Assembly: GCA_043228905.1 (NCBI GenBank)
Contig: JBHGNT010000010.1
Span: 9,672,001-9,736,000 of the forward strand
Direction of reading: 5' to 3'
Length of the DNA: 64,000 bases
Source of the DNA: Azolla caroliniana
Lineage: Eukaryota; Plantae; Polypodiophyta
Below, in pieces: positions 1 to 11,283 of the stretch. Position 1 is the stretch's first letter, and each line of letters starts with the position of its first letter. A program made the translations under genes and the position numbers. The notes below the pieces were generated by a model, which saw only the letters and a program-made list of their open reading frames with translations, searched no databases and was not told the DNA's origin.

Positions 1-3000
1 TGTGTGTACGTGCGTTCACCCTCTATTCCCATTTCTATGTTTGATCCTTAAACGAAGTGATTCAATACTCGGTTGTGGCCGAGCACTATTCGGCGCTATT
101 CTCTTCAATCTGGTATTGGAGCAAGCAACATAGGAAATGGAAGAATCATCCGGCGGCATTTTCAAGCTCACCGGCTCCAACTATTCAGTGTGGAAGTCGA
201 AGATGAGGGATATGTTGGTGGTTAAAGATATTTGGTTGCCGGTTCTGTTCGGGGACAAGAGACTGGATAAGATCGACGCCACAGTGTGGGAGGTGATGCA
301 CATGAAAATGATGGCATACATCCGGTGCTTCATCGATATGACCCTGTACAACAATTTCAATGAAGAGGGTAAGGCTCATGAACTCTGGGAGAAGATCGAC
401 ATCATGTTCCAGAACAATAATGTTGTTAATCGGGTTTCGGTATTCTGGAAGCTAGTGAGGCTCCGGTACCAAGAGGACTCAAGTATGGAGGAGCACATGA
501 ATTCCTTCCAGGACTGATCCACCAGCCAACCTCGTTGGAAGTACCTCTTGTTGATGAGGTACTTGCATTACTCCTGCTCGGTTCCCTCTCGGATAGTTGG
601 GAGATGCTAGTTGTCACATTGGGCAACGCTGGGCCGGAAGGAAAGCAGTTGTCCCTAGCAAGGGTAAAATCCAGCTTGTTAGATGAAGAAGCTCGCCCGA
701 AGGACCGGGAGTCTGGATATGTCGGGAAGAAGTGAAGGTAGCATCCGACACTGCCGGTGAGCTTTGGCGCAAAAGACTGTTACATGAGTGAGAAGGGGAT
801 GAAGAGGCTTGCCGAAGACAACCTCATTCCGGTGAAGGATGTGGAACTTGAGAAGTGCACCGATTGCTTGCCCTGCAAGCAAAACCGAACCTCCTTTTGG
901 TCAAGATCGCCGATGAGACGGAATGCACCATTGGAGCTGGTGCATACTGATGTGTGTCAAGTGGACATGAAGTCACATGTTGGATCGCAGTACTTCATGC
1001 AATTCATAGATGACCACAACTGGAAGCTATGGGTCTCACTATTAAAGACGAAGCATTAAGTGTTATCCATCTTCAAGGAGCTCCACGCGAGACTGGAAAG
1101 ACAAGAAGGTGTTCTGGAGTCGGGACATATTCTTCATGGAAGACAGGACCATTGCCAACTGGGAGTGGGAGAAGAAGGTGATGAACTCCGGATCATCCAA
1201 CGAAAAACAGTTTGAGGACACAAGGCCCTACCTGATTAAAAACCGGATGTTAGCCGGTAACCGGATGACACTAGACGAACCAACCAGATACAGACAAGAA
1301 ACCGAATCGACCGAAGAAGAAGAAGAAGAAGACACCGAAACTGGAGAAGATCTCGAATCGGATTCGGATTTGGAACAAACGGAGGAACCGGTAGTCAGAA
1401 ACCAAGGATAGAGATATCCTCTCCGAGAGAGAAGAGCCCGCTGGAGACTTCCGGATACAGAGCATGTGTTGCTAGCTGATGAGGGGGAGCCGGAAAGCTT
1501 CGAGGAAGCAAAGAGAGACACCCACAACCGCAAGTGGTTGACTGCCATGCAGGACAAGATGGATTCCCTGCATGAGAAACACACATATGAATTGACAGAG
1601 TTGCCGAAAGGAAAGAGGGCACTCCGGAACAAGTGGATGTACAAGATGAAACCGGGAGATGCCGGAAACTAGCCGAGATACAAAGCCTGAATTGTAGTGA
1701 AGGGTTTCCTACAGAAGAAGGGACTGGACTTCGATGAGATCTTTGCCCCGGTAGTAAAGATGACATCCATCTAGACGGTACTGAGCATAGTGGCAAGCAT
1801 GGACCTCGACGTAGAGCAACTAGACGTCAAGACGACATTCCTACATGGTGACCTCGAAGAGGAGATCTACATGCATCAACCGGAAGGATTTGAGAAGAAA
1901 GGGAAGGAGCACCTGGTGTGCCGGCTGAAGAAGAGCTTATACGGATTGAAGCAAGCTCCTCAGCAATGGCACCGGAAGTTCGACTCCTTCATGACCGACC
2001 AAGGGTACCACAAGACACATGTCGATCACTGCGTGTTTGTGAAGAAATTTGACAGAGGAGATTTCTTGATACTCCTATATGTGGATGATATGTTGATCGT
2101 CGGACGAGACCAAGGCAAGATCTGGATGTTGAAGAAGGCTCTGAACCGAACCTTCTCAATGAAAGACTTGGTTCTGGCAAGCCATATATTGGGAATGCAC
2201 ATCATCCGGGACCGGTTGAAGAAGCTGTTGTGGTTGTCACAAGAGAAGTATGTGACAAAGGTGCTTCAACGGTTCAACATGTCGGAGGGGAAACCGGTTG
2301 AATCGACACTTTCGGCAAACTGCAAGCTATGTGGAAAACAAAGTCTGAGACAAAGGCAAAGAAGACGGATATGATGAAGATACCATATGCCTCTGCCGTC
2401 GGAAACTTGATGTACGCGATGGTATGTACCCAGCTGGATATTGGAAGCCGACAGTTGTGGAAGCTGACAAGGAGATAATCTAGATGAAGGACTTCGTCGG
2501 AGAGCCAGGGATCCAATAGGAGGAATATCGGCTCTACTGCGAGAGTCGAAGTGCCATCCACCTTGCAAAGAACGTGGCTTACCATTCCTGAACGAAACAT
2601 ATCCAACGGAGGTACCACTGGATCTGGGAGAGATTAGAAGATCAATAGTTCGTGCTGACGAAGATCCACATGGAGGAGAACGGGTCAGGTATGCTGACTA
2701 AGGTGTTGACGACTGACAAGCTGGATAGGTGCCGAAAGCGGATTAGGCTGTCAAGACATCCCATACTGGAGTGAAGGGGGAGATAGTTGGGAAGTCGGTG
2801 CCTCCGGATGGGATCCGGAAACTGGATCGAATGGACCCGGTGAGAATCGGAAGAGAAGACATATTTGTAAATATGTTTTGAGTAAGCCTATTGAAGCTAT
2901 ATTTGTAAATAACCCTAAGTTTATATATGTATAAATATGACTTAGGGCAATCACTTTACTAGAATGTTGTCATATTGTTGTATGTATAACTGTTATATAG

Positions 3001-3316
3001 AGCGAGTGACAAAGAGAGAAAAAGTGAGTGAGATACAGAACGGTTTCTGTTGTAACCACCGCTTGGCGAAGAAATAGAGCTTGAGGTCGTTGCCTCCGAG
3101 TCTTTGATTGTACCTTTCTCATATAGTGATAGTTCGGAGTTTGTGGGCTCCCATGGTTTTTCCCTATTAGGGTTTTCCACGTAAACATCCTGTGTACTCT
3201 CTATCGAATCATGTGTGTACGAGTATTCATCTCTATTCCCATTTTTGTGTTTGATCCCTTAAGAAGTGATCTAAAACATGGTTGTGGCCGAGCAGTATTC
3301 CGCACTATTCTTCTCA
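1..3316 (+). mobile_element. Ty1/copia LTR retrotransposon, internally deleted and decayed (5' LTR runs off the window start)
   Basis: 5' LTR ends ...CTCTTCA at ~107, followed by an iMet-type PBS (TGGTATTGGAGC, 111-122). Then gag (FKLTGSNYSVWK), GAG-pre-integrase/integrase remnant, RT (LYGLKQAP, LYVDDML) and RNase H remnant. PPT GAGTGAAGGGGGAG at ~2769-2782. 3' LTR ~2784-3316, whose end matches 1-107. Same family as 52979-58167. Confidence 0.9.
137..2775 (+). pseudogene. gag-pol: copia gag-pol polyprotein with stops, frameshifts and three large deletions
   Basis: ORF pieces 137-517, 535-735, 757-1059, 1109-1411, 1466-1672 and 1790-2374. Compared with the 53-57 kb copy it lacks the zinc knuckle/protease, most of the integrase core and the RT-RH junction. 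Confidence 0.88.
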
Positions 3317-3400
3317 AGAAGGCGCATGACTTACCTTCTCGGGAGAGAAATCAACGTTCAGACAGTCAGAGATCTTGGTGGTCGGTCACCTCTGTGGACT

Positions 3401-4061
3401 TGTTGAGAATCAAGCTGAACATAGTGCAACATGTGAACACACCTTTTGAGAATCTATGATTACTCAAAGTTCAAGAGTCACACCATTACTCTCTACACAT
3501 TAACTATGTGTCATAGAATCAGATTCTATGACACATAACTAATGAGTTACATATTCCCCATGACTATGAGTCTTCACATTCTCCAAGAGAGAGTGATTGT
3601 TGTAGTTAGTTAATGAAGAGAGAGGGTGACTATATATAAAGCACCCTCCCCATACTTCATACCAAGTCGGTTGTGACTCCTTGTAATGCTATTCTACATG
3701 TGAATATGCACCTTCTTCTGGAGTATTCGTTTTCCAATCTATCTTTTGTTTTCTCTTCTCTCCTCTAATTCCTCTCACACATACACATAACACATATCTC
3801 TTCCACTACATAAGAATCATACCCGATGCTTTACATTGTATTAGAGCGGTTTTATGCCGACATTCAAGAAGAGTTGGTTCATCGCTATCGTAGTGCGACT
3901 ACATAGCTCGTGTTCAAGAGAGAAGGAAAAGAAGAAAGAAAGCTTCATCGACAATGAATACTCAAATGGGGAGCTGTAAAAGTAAACGTGAAGCGTTCGA
4001 TAAACTGGCTTAGCCAGATAGTAGCCGGATAGCAGAACACACACAGAGTACGCGTACACAG

Positions 4062-4063
<2 letters not shown>
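3401..4063 (+). mobile_element. 5' LTR, PBS and leader of a second copia-type element, cut off by the (GA)n/LINE
   Basis: TGTTG at 3401 to TTACA at 3835, TATATAAA at ~3633, then the iMet PBS-like TTGTATTAGAGC (3836-3847, 2 mismatches to TGGTATCAGAGC). Confidence 0.55.

Positions 4064-4133
<70 letters not shown>
4064..4133. repeat. (GA)n microsatellite, equal to the (CT)n 3' tail of LINE copy 1
   Basis: About 35 perfect GA units directly abutting the LINE 3' UTR. The same UTR-to-(GA)n junction recurs at ~9213-9240. Confidence 0.95.
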
Positions 4134-4137
<4 letters not shown>

Positions 4138-4189
4138 ATTATAGCCTTCGGAGGTCAAATATGACCAATGAGACCAAAAATATTACATA

Positions 4190-5627
4190 TCACGTGATAT
4201 GTGTGAAAGTGAGTAGTGACTCTCGATGTTCAAGAACTTTACCAATGAATGTTGCAATCGAGAGTGCACATTGTCGTTGTGAGAGGAATTCATGCAAAGA
4301 TTGGGCTCGATCGAAGAGATGTGGAAAGCATGGTTGAATATGATCAAAGGCAGAGCATTGTATCAAAGTGTGATACTCAGACTCGCGAACTTGTTTAGGG
4401 CAAAGTGTGCATAGCCGACCACTCTCATCACTTGTGCCCCAACGCCCTGTTTCACATCGCAATGCATGTGAGCTAAGTCGCATGGAAGCAATGGTTCGAA
4501 TGGCAGATAACGGTATGGGCTCTAACATGTATGGATGTGTACGATTTCCCAGTTCCGCAAAGAATATGGTTTTGTAGTTAGGTGCATCATGTGTAGTATA
4601 ATGTGTGAAGCGTGAGCCTCCATATTTGTCCCATGTCATGATACATTGGCGTTGCAAAAATGCCTCATTTACAGAGGAATCTAATGATGCATCATGAAGC
4701 AAGTGTCTCGCATCCCATCTACCAAACCATTTTTCTATATCTTGCATCCAAACGGAACACAAAATTTTGCTTTTCTGCGTCTTTTTGATCTTTTTGCTTG
4801 CTTCCCACGCAATTCTAGGAAGTCGATGTGAGGGACTTTTTTGAACCTTAAGCATGTATTCAACAACCCTTTCCATGACCATGATCTCAATGGGAAGCGA
4901 TCCCGTCTCAAGGAGGAGGAGGGTGTAGGGCATTTGTTTCTTAACTTGTAGAAACTTGGTAAGAAAATGCTTTTGGACATTTTCAAACTCTTTCCACATA
5001 GATTTAGGGATGCTACCACCCCATACTTCCACCCCATAGAGAAGAACCGGTGTCACCAAAGTGTCGAAAAGATATTTCTTGAGGACCCAACACTTAATAT
5101 CTCCAAGATTGCATGTGTTCTCAAATGCATAGTATGCTCGCTTACCCGCCTCTAAGCGGCGTGTAGCACATTCATTCGATCTATGATTTGAAGGAACTTC
5201 AAAGTCAAGATATTTGAAGCTTTCCACACATTCAAGTGGCTCATTGTTGTACATGATGCATGGTTGATTTCTTTTTTGGCTCTTCACAAGCATTATCTTT
5301 GTTTTAGAGCTATTGACACTTAATCTAGTATGCATGCAAATTTTTTCCAATGCCTTCATAACCTTTTGTGCATCTCCTAAAGTATTTGCAAAAAGCACTA
5401 CATCATCTGCATATAGCAAAAGCATAATCACAACATTCCCAATGGCAACTTCTTCAACACGTTCTTCCTTTGCAAACTTGGTAACCATTTCTTCCAATTC
5501 ATCAATGCATAGACCAAATAGTGTTGGTGAGAGTGGGCATCCTTGCTTAACATCAATAGTGCTATTGAAAAAATCAGAAAGTTTATCTCTCATACGCACA
5601 CAACATATAACCTTCTCATATATTCGA
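4190..5627 (-). pseudogene. LINE ORF2 C-terminal half (RT domains 4-7 plus zinc finger)
   Basis: The 509-aa ORF is LINE-like only from RIYEKVI onward. Its first ~30 codons read through a tRNA-derived insert. Confidence 0.88.
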
Positions 5628-5678
5628 GGGTTGGTTGTGGGGGGCAGAGAGACAGACAGAGTAATAGATAGATGATGA

Positions 5679-5761
5679 TGTTGGTTGTGGGGTTGGAAGC
5701 CACGTGCACTTGAATGCAAGGGATCTTAAGTCACTCCCCTTAACCACTCGAACAAACCAAC
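5679..5761 (-). pseudogene. tRNA-Leu(UAA)-derived unit embedded inside LINE copy 1
   Basis: Reverse complement GTTGGTTTGTTCGAGTGGTTAAGGGGAGTGACTTAAGATCCCTTGCATTCAAGTGCACGTGGCTTCCAACCCCACAACCAACA, with the same flanks as the array type-A monomer. Confidence 0.85.
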
Positions 5762-5809
5762 CATTGAAACAAAAACAAAGAGTAGGCGAGAGAGAGAGAA
5801 CAAAGAGCA

Positions 5810-6830
5810 TTTCCAAGATGTGCAGTTGGTCGAAAAACATTTGTTTGGACAAAAGAGAATGACTTTCTTGAAAGCTTCCCATTTGCATTCTAATGTGGAA
5901 CCATGTTATATCTTTATCATTTGTAACATATTCCCAACCATCTTGGAAAAGATGGGTGCTCGCTTAAGGTTCATGCTTAAGTGCGGTTGTTTATTATCTT
6001 CAATAGCCTTCTCACAATCAAGCCTATGCATACATTTGAGATCAATACATAATGGCCTATGATCGGATTCTGGTGTCCATTCACCAAGTGAGAATTATGA
6101 TCCAAAATACCTTCGGAAAGTAGCACATAGTCAATCACACTATTTCAGTTGTGTTTTCTACATGTAAAACCATTAGTGTTGGGCCATAACGAAATACCAT
6201 TTGCAATAAGCAATCCGGCACTATTGTATATTTATAGGAGTAACTTCCCAAATTGGTCCAGATCTTTTTAATCGCTAGAAGAGCGGCTATACATTTGCAT
6301 ATCCTCTTGCATCCTTGAGATATGTGGCATGAAAGATTCTTGTGAATCAAGTTGGAAACTTCTTCTACGAGCATTCATGTCACCAAAGACAATAACTTCC
6401 CCTTTGGATTTGAAATAAGCAATATCATCTTCTAAATTGGCAAAAGGTTGATCTTTATCCAAACAAGCATAAAAGTTAACATCTTGATGAGGAATGTAAC
6501 ATCCAACTACAAAAGTGGGCAAATCATTACGTGTTTCTATTTTGAGCCATGTGTGGCATTTATGTTTATCATTTTTTATGATTGACATTCCTTCTTAATC
6601 AAACATGCCACCCCTCATTGTCCTCTTCTTTGTCTTGGATTTTTCTTCCATATCAAAGATTGTACATTATAGTTTCCTAAACCTTGAACCCTTTGAGTAT
6701 CATGCTCCCATGTTTCAACAAGAAGTGTGATATCCGACTCATCGATGAACTCCTCTATGCCAAATCTCTCATTCCATGAGTATCCATTGCAATTCCAAAA
6801 GCATAGTCATAAAAGGAATGGGTTAGTCTC
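5810..6830 (-). pseudogene. LINE ORF2 apurinic endonuclease domain, frameshifted
   Basis: WNCNG/ETW at ~6710-6800, ORF 6268-6588 with GCYIP and GDMNAR, SDH-like motif at ~6060. Confidence 0.8.
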
Positions 6831-7293
6831 ATAGGTCACATGTCCCTATTTCCCAACATTTTCATCTTTAGGCACATCCTTAACCTTATTTTTCAATCTT
6901 TCTTCATATGCTTTATGACAAGCATTTTGTTGTGAGATAGTACGATCTTCACTCACAAAGCATTACGTACCTTTGAGGTATACCCAACTAATTTCCAGTA
7001 CGATCCGCCACTTTGTATAGAGAGAGAGAGAACGAGAGTGAGAGAGAGAAATATATTGATGACAATGTTGATTGTGGGGTTTGACGCCACACTCACTTGC
7101 GTGCATGCCATCTTACGTCGCCCTTGACCACTAAGGCAAACTAGCTAATAAAAAATTGGAATAGAGAGGGCCAGAGACAGATATGAGACGAACCTTTATA
7201 AAAAAGGCCGGTATCTAGAAGCTAAATAAAGGAAAAATGGTAATGACCACGAGAAAAGACTGAGAGAAAGATAAATAGATAGATGGATGATGA

Positions 7294-7376
7294 TGTTGGT
7301 TGTGGGGTTTGAACCCATGCGCACTTGAATGCAAGCAATCTTAAGTCGCTCCCCTTAACCACTCGGGCAAACCAAC
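7294..7376 (-). tRNA. tRNA-Leu(UAA)-like, probable pseudogene
   Basis: Acceptor GTTGGTT/AACCAAC, D arm CCC..GGG, anticodon stem AGCGA/TTGCT with loop CT-TAA-GA, long variable arm, A-C mismatch in the T stem, T loop TTCAAAC. Confidence 0.6.
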
Positions 7377-7481
7377 CATTGCCAAAAAATACAAAGAGCG
7401 AGAGGGAGATAGATGAGCATAAACGTTTATAAAGAAGATCAACCCCTAAAAATTAACTACAGCAAAATAGTATTGTCCACG

Positions 7482-7521
<40 letters not shown>

Positions 7522-8471
7522 GATGGATGCCGATGTTAGTTGTGGGGTTGGATGCGACACACACTTTAGTGCAGGCGATCTTAAGTAGCACTTAACAACT
7601 AAGGCAAGCTAGCTATTTGAGATAGAAACAGAAAAGGAGATAGAGATGAGCCCGAACATTTACGAAAAAGGTTGGTATTTGGAAACTAAATAAAATAAAA
7701 ATGGTAACTTGAGAAAAGAGAGAGAGAAAGATAACTACATAGATGGATGATGATGTTGGTTGTGGGGTTCAAAACCACGTGCACTTGAATGAAAGAGATC
7801 TTATGTCGCTCTCCTTAACTAGTCGTGCAAACCAACCATTCTAGAAAAAAAACAAAGAGGGAGAGGGAGAGAGATGAGCCCAAACTTTCAAAAACAAGGT
7901 CCACTCCTAAAACCTAGGTAAAGGAAAATGGAAATGTGCATTATAAAAGAGAGAAAGAAAGAGAGAGAGAGAGACAGAGAAATAGATGGATGATGATGTT
8001 GGTTATGGGGTTGGAAGCCATACACACTCGAGTGCGGACGATCTTAAATCGAGCTTAACCAGTAAGGCAAGCTAGCTATTTAAGAAAGAAACAGAAAATG
8101 AGAGAGAGATGAACCCGAACCTTTACAAAAAAGGTTGGTATCTAGAAACTAAATATTTAGGAAAAATGGTAATGACCATGAGAAAAGAGAGAGAGAAAGA
8201 TAACTACATAGATGGATGATGATATTGGTTGGCAAGCTATCTTAAGTCGTTCCCCTTAACCACTCAAGCAAACCAACCATTAAAGAAAAAACCCAAGAGC
8301 TTGAGAGAGAGAGAGATGAGGTTGAACATTTACGAAAAAGGTTAGCCCCTAAAAATAGTAATGTCCATGATAAGAGAGAGAGAGAGAGAAATAGATCAAT
8401 GACGATGTTGGTTGTGGGGTTCAAAGCCACACACACTTGAGTGCAGGCCATCTTAAGTCGCCCTTAACCAC

Positions 8472-8867
8472 TTAATAGCAATGGGCCCAGTTGGCTTTCG
8501 GTTAAGTTGGCTTTGTTTGCCTTGAAACCAAACTAAACTGAACCAAACCATTTATATAAAACAAAAACCAAACCAAACCGTTTATGAACTTTCACGCCAT
8601 TATACCAAACCATTTAAGAAAAGGCAAAGCAAACACTTTAAACCAAAACCGTTTAGGGAAAAGTTGAAACCTAACCGAACGACGAGAAAAGAGAATAAAG
8701 GAAAAATGGTAATGACCACAAGAAAAGAGAGAGAGAGAAAGATAACTCTAAGAACCGTTTATTAATAATTAAAACCAAACCAAACAATTTAATTATTTTG
8801 GAACTTATAAACTTTCAAACCATGGCTAAACGGTTCGGTTTGGTTTGAACCGAAACCGGGCCCATTG
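8472..8867. mobile_element. hAT-like MITE inserted in a type-B tRNA monomer
   Basis: TIR CAATGGGCCC (8479-8488) / GGGCCCATTG (8858-8867). 8-bp duplication TTAACCAC at 8464-8471 and 8868-8875, with 7 extra nt on the left. Many AAACC/AAACCG subterminal motifs. Confidence 0.7.
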
Positions 8868-9014
8868 TTAACCACTAAGGCAAACTAGCTATTCAACAAA
8901 GAGATAAGCTAAACATTAATAAAAAAGGTCGGTATATAGAAATTAAATAAAGGAAAAATGGTAATGACCATGAGAAAAGAGAGAGAGACAGATAACCAGA
9001 TAGATGGATGATGA

Positions 9015-9097
9015 TGTTGGTCATGGGGTTCGAACCCACGCGCACTTGAATGCAAGCAATCTTAAGTCGCTCACCTTAACCACTCGGGCAAACCAAC
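9015..9097 (-). tRNA. tRNA-Leu(UAA), best-preserved array copy and possibly functional
   Basis: GTTGGTT TG CCC GAGTGGTTAA GGT G AGCGA CTTAAGA TTGCT TGCATTCAAGTGCG C GTGGG TTCGAAC CCCAT GACCAAC A. This folds into a full cloverleaf with an intact B box and one D-stem mismatch, and closely resembles plant cytosolic tRNA-Leu(TAA). Confidence 0.7.
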
Positions 9098-10122
9098 CAT
9101 TAAAGAAAAAACCAAAGAGTGTAAGAGAGAGAGAGAGAGATGAGGCTGAAAGTTTACGAAAAAGGTAAGACCCTAAAAACTAACTAAAGCCAAATAGTAA
9201 TGTCCACGATAGGAGAGAGAGAGAGAGAGATAGATAGATTATAATATCGTCTTCGGAGGTCAAATATGACCTATGAGACCAAAAATATTACATTTCACTT
9301 GATATGTGTGAAAGTGAGTAGTGACTCTCGATGTTCAAGAACTTTACCAATGAATGTTGCAATCAAGAGTGCACATTGTGGTTGTGAGAGGAATTCATGC
9401 AAAGATTGGGCTCAATCGAAGAGATGTGGAAAGCATGGTTGAATATGATCAAAGGCAGAACATTGTATCAAAGTGTGATACTCAGACTCGCGAACTTGTT
9501 TAGGGCAAACTCTGCATAGCCGACCACTCTCATCACTTGTACCCCAACGCCTTGTTTCACATCGCAATGCATGTGAGCTAAGTCGCATGGAAGCAATGGT
9601 TCGAATGGCAGATAACGATATTGTCATGATATGGCAAGACTCGAACCCATGACCTTAGGTTATATGGGTCGAGCTCTTGACCATTAGATCATCCTAGGAT
9701 ATTATTTTTATTCACATGTTATTATAGGAAATTAGTGTATATTCCAGATTTCTCTGGAACATTCTAGAAGCTTCAGGATTACTCCTGAAAACACTATAAA
9801 AGAGGGCACTAGGCATTATGTTGAACCAAATTGGTTCAATGCCAGTCTCAAGCCTTTTGGCCACCATTGTATATTCTCTTCATATAATACATATCTTTCT
9901 TATCATCACTCTCTCTCTCTCTCTCAATCTCTCTCTTTCTCTCTGTCTCGATCACTTCTTCCTTCTCTCGAAGAAGTTCCACACCTCTCATAGTACTAAT
10001 CCTTTGTTTAGTACTAATTCCTTCTCTATCTCAGTACTGTTCATGACAGTTTGAACCAATTTGCCCTACCTTTTGTCTCTCTCATTTCCTACTAATATTT
10101 TATTCCTCTTTTCTTTCATCCC

Positions 10123-11283
10123 ATGGCCACTGTTAGCGCTGAAGAATATCAATCCGTTTTCTCAGAATTTCAATGCTTGAAGGAGAAGTTCCATGCTTTG
10201 GAACAAGAAAACCAACGGTTGCTGGGGGATCTTCAGCAAATCTCATTAGAAAAGCAACAAACGCAACAACAACATGGGGAACTTGCGTTACGCGTGCAAC
10301 AACTCGAAGCAACCATCGTAGCGATGCAACAACAAGGGCCCGGAACACAAGGGATTCATAAAGAACCCAAGATTGGCCTTCCCACGAAGTTCGATGGAAC
10401 ACGATCGCAGTTTAGAGGGTTCCTTAACCAGGCACGATTAGTTATTCAAATGCATCCTTCCCGATATCCCACCGATGCATCACGAGTGGGTTTAGTAGGC
10501 ACTTTGTTAAGTGGCTCAACGTTGTCATGGTTCGCTCCACTATTAGAAAAGGAATCTCCGTTACTCAACAATTTTGAAGAGTTTCTAGGTGAGTTTAAAG
10601 CATGTTACGGAGATACTGACAGCATCAGGACCGCAATTAACAAAATCCGGCGATTACGCCAAGGTGACCGTCCAGCCTCCGCATACGCTGCAGATTTTCG
10701 CCTACTCGCCGCCGATATCCCTTGGGATGATCAAGCGTTCATGGAGCAATTCTGTTATGGTTTACGCAACGATGTCAAGGATTTACTATTGACCTTCCCC
10801 GAAGAGCCAAAGTCCTTAACAGAAGCAATCAGTCGCGCGGTGAGATGTGACAACCGCCTCTTTGAGCGACGTTCGGAACGATAGCTACAGATGCCGAGGG
10901 CAAGATCAAAGCCCACCTACGCCTTAGTGGTAGCAAGACCTTTTCCGAGGGAGTCATATAATGCGCCTCCAGCGAATACTCCGACTCCGATGGAGATTGA
11001 CACTACACGTCGTCGAGGGCCATTATCCGAAGAAGAAAAGCAGCGATGCCATACAAATCGACTATGTCTTTACTGCGGTGGACCAGGACATATCACAATA
11101 AATTGCCCCCATAGGCCAAGAAGACAGGTAAACCAAATAGTCACTAGTTCTAATTGTACTAAATCCGAGCCAATTTCAGTAGGGATATCTGATAGTCCGA
11201 ATAGTACTAATAGTACTAATATCCTAGATCTAGCGAACAAATTTGATGTCCTTAGTCAGTTAGAAGAAGAGTTAAACGACTAA
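10123..11283 (+). pseudogene. gag: Chromovirus gag (PEG10/Tf1-like capsid, CCHC knuckle)
   Basis: Motifs PTKFDG, LRQG, PMEID and CLYCGGPGH...C. One in-frame stop at 10882. Confidence 0.9.

Larger units (their letters stand above)
4134..7015 (-). mobile_element. Non-LTR retrotransposon (APE-RT, RTEX-like) copy 1, 5'-truncated within ORF1 and internally rearranged
   Basis: On the minus strand: ORF1 tail (LKGT..FVSEDRT..QQ, ~6845-7010), APE motifs (WNCNG, VETW, GCYIP, GDMNAR, DY, SDH), RT (QGCPLSP, LYADD), C-terminal LRCETGRW...CxxC...ESEYH..C zinc-finger-like motif, short 3' UTR and (CT)n tail. Confidence 0.85.
7020..9235 (-). repeat. Tandem array of 8 tRNA-Leu(UAA)-derived ~230-bp monomers alternating between two types (B-A-B-A-B-A-B-A, ~465-bp higher-order unit) with (GA)n/(GATA) spacers
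   Basis: Type B at 7066-7145, 7534-7613, 7997-8076 and 8406-8889 (split by a MITE). Type A at 7294-7376, 7754-7836, ~8223-8277 (partly deleted) and 9015-9097. Spacers are homologous between copies of the same type. Confidence 0.9.
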
